From an uncultured cyanobacterium (GTDB lineage Bacteria > Cyanobacteriota > Cyanobacteriia > Phormidesmidales > Phormidesmidaceae), in NCBI GenBank assembly GCA_963793265.1, contig CAWBZI010000005.1, positions 256,001 to 320,000 on the forward strand: 64,000 bases of DNA, in the 5' to 3' direction. Positions within the stretch are counted from its first letter, which is position 1, and the number at the start of each line of letters is the position of its first letter. The notes under the pieces were generated by a model. That model worked only from the letters and a program-made list of their open reading frames with translations, was not told the origin of the DNA and did not search any database. Of this stretch, positions 60,299 to 64,000 are shown piece by piece. A program made the translations under genes and the position numbers.

Positions 60299-60631
60299 AT
60301 GACTATGCTGATGGTAGAAATACGTCGTAAGTTTGCTGATGAGCAGTTCGAGTTTTCTAAACATGCTGTTGATCAGTCTATCGTGCGCCAAATTCGAGTT
60401 CAAGAAGTTAAAGAGGTCATTGCGAACGGTCAAGTCATTGAGGACTACCCAGAAGACAAGTATGGGCCGAGCTGCCTGATTTTCGGTTCGACCCAAGCGC
60501 AACGTCCTATCCATGTTCAGTGTAGCTATCCTTCTCGCTCGCTTGTTAAAGTAATCACGGTGTACGAACCTAACGCTCAGCAATGGAATAATGACTTTAC
60601 GCAAAGGAGACGTAGTGATGATGGCAAGTGA
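60299..60631 (+). CDS. DUF4258 toxin-like protein
   Basis: FSKHA, IEDYPED..GPSCLI, PIHV.C, VITVYEP. Confidence 0.85.
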   Translation: MTMLMVEIRRKFADEQFEFSKHAVDQSIVRQIRVQEVKEVIANGQVIEDYPEDKYGPSCLIFGSTQAQRPIHVQCSYPSRSLVKVITVYEPNAQQWNNDFTQRRRSDDGK

Positions 60632-60854
60632 TTGGCAAGAAACACTGGTTGAGAAACAGGTAACCTATACCTTAAATCTGAATGGAAAGATTGTTCTCAT
60701 CGACAACGTACCTGCCCGTGTAAACGAAGAAACAGGCGAGCAGTTCTTCTCTCCATCAACCGTAGAACGTTTGCAACAGACTATCTTGGGTGAGAAAGAG
60801 CCTGACCACTTTATCCAGGTTCCTGTGTATAACTACGCTAATAGTGCAGTATAA
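60618..60854 (+). CDS. YgiT-type (MqsA N-terminal-like) partner protein lacking cysteines
   Basis: VTYT...GK...I.NVPA.V..ETGE.FF; overlaps the DUF4258 gene. Confidence 0.8.
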   Translation: MMASDWQETLVEKQVTYTLNLNGKIVLIDNVPARVNEETGEQFFSPSTVERLQQTILGEKEPDHFIQVPVYNYANSAV

Positions 60855-61134
60855 AAGTTCAAGTGCGACAGCGTAGCAGGGATTGATAGCTCATACTAGC
60901 CTGTGCTCTCCATGTTCCGCCAAAGCTATGGAACCAAGCACAAGATTAAATTCATCAACACATCTGTCACTCTGCTATCTTACCTGTTAGGAATAGGAGG
61001 TATAAGACATATGCTTTAAGTGAGTGAAACGTACTACAAAGAAGTTTTCAAGTCATAGTTATTAGCAGCAGGTGTGAGACTACGTCTGTCGCAGAGTCTA
61101 GATACAGCACCACAGAAAGATACCTGTTTGAAGC

Positions 61135-62853
61135 TCAAATATCCTTATTGCTAATTTCTTTTGTAAGCGTTCTAATCAGAGTTTCTGTATCGCTTTCTGT
61201 TTTAAACTGCTTCTTTGAAAGATCAATTCCAGATGTCTCTATGATACTCACTATTTTCTCAAACAACTTCAGACAGGACTCCTCGTCTTCCAAGCTAGAT
61301 ATGAATGTATTAGACTTACTGTCTACCTTGTTACTGTTCAATGGCGGGGGAGAGACTGCCGTCATCGATAACATTCTTGCAAGCATGATCATGTGAAAAC
61401 GAAGCTTTTTGTACTTTCTATCAATAGAGCCGTATCGGAATAATCCTTCTAACCTCTGATAGCACAAAGCGCTTGCATAGTATGGAGCATATTTATGATT
61501 CTTCTCAAAAATCTTTCCATGAAATCTCCTTGCAATAGTTCCGTAGTAACCAGAAACTAAATGAGGAGCGTTCAAAAACGCTGAAGCAAAAGCTTTTATC
61601 TGAATTGGGATAGATATTACCTGAGTCTTTTTAACTCCAGGGGTAGCATGGTATTGCTGTGATCTTCTTTCGTAGTATAGTCCGACATCTTCTCGCATTG
61701 AGTCGTAGTAAAGCTCAAGCTTCTTCTGAAACAAAGTTAAAGAAGCTAGCTGTTCTGGTTTGACTTCGGTTTGACTATTGGTAGCCAAAGTAATTTGGTT
61801 CTTTATATCTTCATCTTCAGTTACTATCACTTTAACTGGAACATTAACTCTCTCCATTCCTCCTACAGATCTGGATTGATGAAGAACGTGACTTGTTTGA
61901 CAACCGTTCACAACTTGATAGTCTCTTAATGTAAACCTATTGCCAGCAGGAGTAAGTGAACTAGCAACAAGAGTAACCCCGTTGTTCAGAACGCAAAACA
62001 AGTCGAATTTTTCTTCCTTCAGCGTAGCTTTGATGCGGGCATTAACTTCGTTATCGCCTTGAAAATCTCTTACATTATCGTAGAATATATTATAGATTGA
62101 TTCGTTAGAGTCTTGAATCAGCTTCAAAAATTCATTGAATGGCAGAACCCCTAAGAAAGCCTCTTTGACTCCATCAATATCTGGCAATGTAATTCTGCTT
62201 TGGAAGTTAACGGTACTCGATAGCTTGTTGCGAGTGTCATGATACAGCTTTTGTAGCTCACTAGCACCATACGGCTGAAACGAAGTACTTTCAAATAAGT
62301 TGCTATCTTCTACTTCTTGCTTTCCTGAAGCGATAACGGCTGATAGATTCTGATCATCTGTCCACTTTCCAGTTGTGACGTAGTACAACTTACAATTTGG
62401 GCGACGATTGGTCATATAGGCAGATTTATTGATAACTTGTTCCCATATTCCCTTAAACTTTTCGATCTGTTCGTTTTGCACCAGTTTTGGTTCGTCAGAG
62501 ATGAAGTCTTTCACTCCAAAGACAAAGGAACCTATGTCTGAACCTTCAAACTTAGACGAACTCTTAGACTGTATAAACGCTACGTCGCAGTCCATATAGC
62601 CGCTATCAGAAACTAGATCATCTAGCTCTTGCACATCAGTCACCAGTCTTCCATTGATAATGACTGCAATTCCATCAATAGCGGAATCTCCTCCTTCACC
62701 TGTATTCAAGGCGTCTAGCTCAAAACTGTTTCTTTGTAGTTTGGACGCTACAACATAGTTTGCAAAGTACTCGAATTGTTTAGACTCAGCTAAATTACCA
62801 AGCTCATTTTCCATCACGAAGTTTTCGAGTAAGTTTTGCGTGATCTTATCCAT
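61135..62853 (-). CDS. AIPR family (abortive infection phage resistance) protein
   Basis: IDG..QSK N-terminal domain; NVRDFQG, NNGVT, VVNGCQT, TNSQT, YYERR; AT-rich. Confidence 0.88.
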   Translation of the reverse strand: MDKITQNLLENFVMENELGNLAESKQFEYFANYVVASKLQRNSFELDALNTGEGGDSAIDGIAVIINGRLVTDVQELDDLVSDSGYMDCDVAFIQSKSSSKFEGSDIGSFVFGVKDFISDEPKLVQNEQIEKFKGIWEQVINKSAYMTNRRPNCKLYYVTTGKWTDDQNLSAVIASGKQEVEDSNLFESTSFQPYGASELQKLYHDTRNKLSSTVNFQSRITLPDIDGVKEAFLGVLPFNEFLKLIQDSNESIYNIFYDNVRDFQGDNEVNARIKATLKEEKFDLFCVLNNGVTLVASSLTPAGNRFTLRDYQVVNGCQTSHVLHQSRSVGGMERVNVPVKVIVTEDEDIKNQITLATNSQTEVKPEQLASLTLFQKKLELYYDSMREDVGLYYERRSQQYHATPGVKKTQVISIPIQIKAFASAFLNAPHLVSGYYGTIARRFHGKIFEKNHKYAPYYASALCYQRLEGLFRYGSIDRKYKKLRFHMIMLARMLSMTAVSPPPLNSNKVDSKSNTFISSLEDEESCLKLFEKIVSIIETSGIDLSKKQFKTESDTETLIRTLTKEISNKDI

Positions 62854-63016
62854 AAATAATCAGCTATTGTTTGTAGTAAGCGTACTATTAGACGACTAAG
62901 CTTCGAAACTATTAGGCGTACTTTAGCTCAAACTTTGCACTGCCTGCCTGAACTTGTAATCTATTGATGTGGGGACACTCAGGACTCTGAAGCCAATTAG
63001 GAATCTAGAATCAACT

Positions 63017-63484
63017 TCAAAACCAATCTTGCACAAACAAAGCAAGCTGACCCGTTCTAATTACCGTTGGCAACCAGCTCAACGCCAGCCCCGCCAACGA
63101 AACAATCAGCATTCCTACAAACGAAATCCCAGCGCCCCCTCTGCCGGTATGAATCTTTATCCGCAGCAATAGCGCTGCTGAGATCATCAGCAAAAAGTAG
63201 CTAGAAACTTTTATCCACACCACCAGCACCACCGCAAAAGAGGCGAAGCCTAAGGCCATCAGTGTGTAGCCTACGTCTGACTGAAAGCCGCTGAGGATAA
63301 AGTCGCAGGTTTGCCGCCAGGCGATGGTTAATACGCTGCACTCCACGATGACGTAGGCAACAGCCGCCCCCCAAATCACCAGCGAACTTCCCTGGTCGTG
63401 TAGAAAAAAGCCGAACGCCATATTCGCTAGCATGAACAGCAGCGCAGATAAAAGGGGCAGTTGGCGTAGCGGGTTTTGTTTCAC
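63017..63484 (-). CDS. Hypothetical integral membrane protein
   Basis: Four to five hydrophobic helices. Confidence 0.65.
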   Translation of the reverse strand: MKQNPLRQLPLLSALLFMLANMAFGFFLHDQGSSLVIWGAAVAYVIVECSVLTIAWRQTCDFILSGFQSDVGYTLMALGFASFAVVLVVWIKVSSYFLLMISAALLLRIKIHTGRGGAGISFVGMLIVSLAGLALSWLPTVIRTGQLALFVQDWF

Positions 63485-63517
63485 AAAGGTTAGGGCATCG
63501 GCGCGATTATCAAAGCG

Positions 63518-63922
63518 CTATAGGTTAGTAGAGATGGCTTGCACCGGGCAGCTTGGTAGGCACTGCTCACACATGATGCAGCGCGATCGCGTAAACATCA
63601 GCTTATGAGTTTGCGGGTCGAGCTGCAAAGATTCGGTCGGGCATACCCCCGTACACAAACCGCAGTGAACGCAGCTATCTTTATCAATCACAATCTCCCG
63701 ATTCACCAGCGACACTTCAATATTGTTATCCCGCATCCAGTTAATCGCTTCGTCAAGCTGATCGATATCGCCCGAAAGCTCTACCAGCAGCTTGCCGACC
63801 TGATCAGGGGCCACGTGAGCCCGAAAAATATTCGCCGCCACGTTGAAGTCTTTGGCGAGCCGGTACGTAATCGGCATGTGAATCGTGCGCTTAGGAAAAG
63901 TGAGCGTCAGTCGTTTTTTCAC
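63518..63922 (-). CDS. NIL-domain 2[4Fe-4S] ferredoxin
   Basis: NIL N-terminus; CVHCGLCTGVCP and CIMCEQCLPSCP. Confidence 0.9.
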   Translation of the reverse strand: MKKRLTLTFPKRTIHMPITYRLAKDFNVAANIFRAHVAPDQVGKLLVELSGDIDQLDEAINWMRDNNIEVSLVNREIVIDKDSCVHCGLCTGVCPTESLQLDPQTHKLMFTRSRCIMCEQCLPSCPVQAISTNL

Positions 63923-64000
63923 GCAGGTTCTCTAGAGTTTTCTATAGGGGTTCTCAAAGTCTCTCGCCTATTTTATCGTCTTGGATTCTCAAACTTTGAG

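Noticed and set aside
60236..60604. 122-aa minus-strand ORF
   Set aside because: Antisense to the DUF4258 gene, which has clear family motifs
1..64000. Abundant GCGATCGC as a novel repeat
   Set aside because: This is the well-known cyanobacterial HIP1; used here only as a marker of native versus foreign DNA

Overview
Chromosomal window from a cyanobacterium: the HIP1 octamer GCGATCGC is very frequent, and purK is followed by a 6S RNA. The lineage is not determined. Most of the window concerns metal homeostasis. (i) ~0-5 kb: LOV/PAS hybrid histidine kinase, two response regulators and a TetR. (ii) 5-9 kb: mntCAB with ManR-type direct repeats, followed by bioA. (iii) 9-21 kb: iron-stress island (GCS2 ligase, dps, IdiC-like, IdiB-like Crp, futA/idiA, two tandem fur paralogues, futB) with many Fur-like boxes. 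(iv) 21-42 kb: hpt, a tandem dynamin pair, an NrtR-controlled ADP-ribose/NAD module with a perfect operator, a fused MNT-HEPN protein, purK + 6S RNA and an M16 peptidase pair. (v) 42-63 kb: a zinc-starvation island with six Zur boxes, containing split znuA/znuB/znuC, a COG0523 GTPase, metallophosphoesterases, two flavoproteins, an unknown Cys/His protein, a secreted CxCxxC mini-protein, a nearby DUF3299-RcnA/NicO fusion and an SmtB/CDF efflux module. This island is interrupted by TA cassettes and deletion scars and flanked by two AT-rich, HIP1-free candidate defence genes (HEPN-like and AIPR). No CRISPR array, tRNA, rRNA or transposase was seen. All family calls come from reading motifs by eye; no database searches were run.
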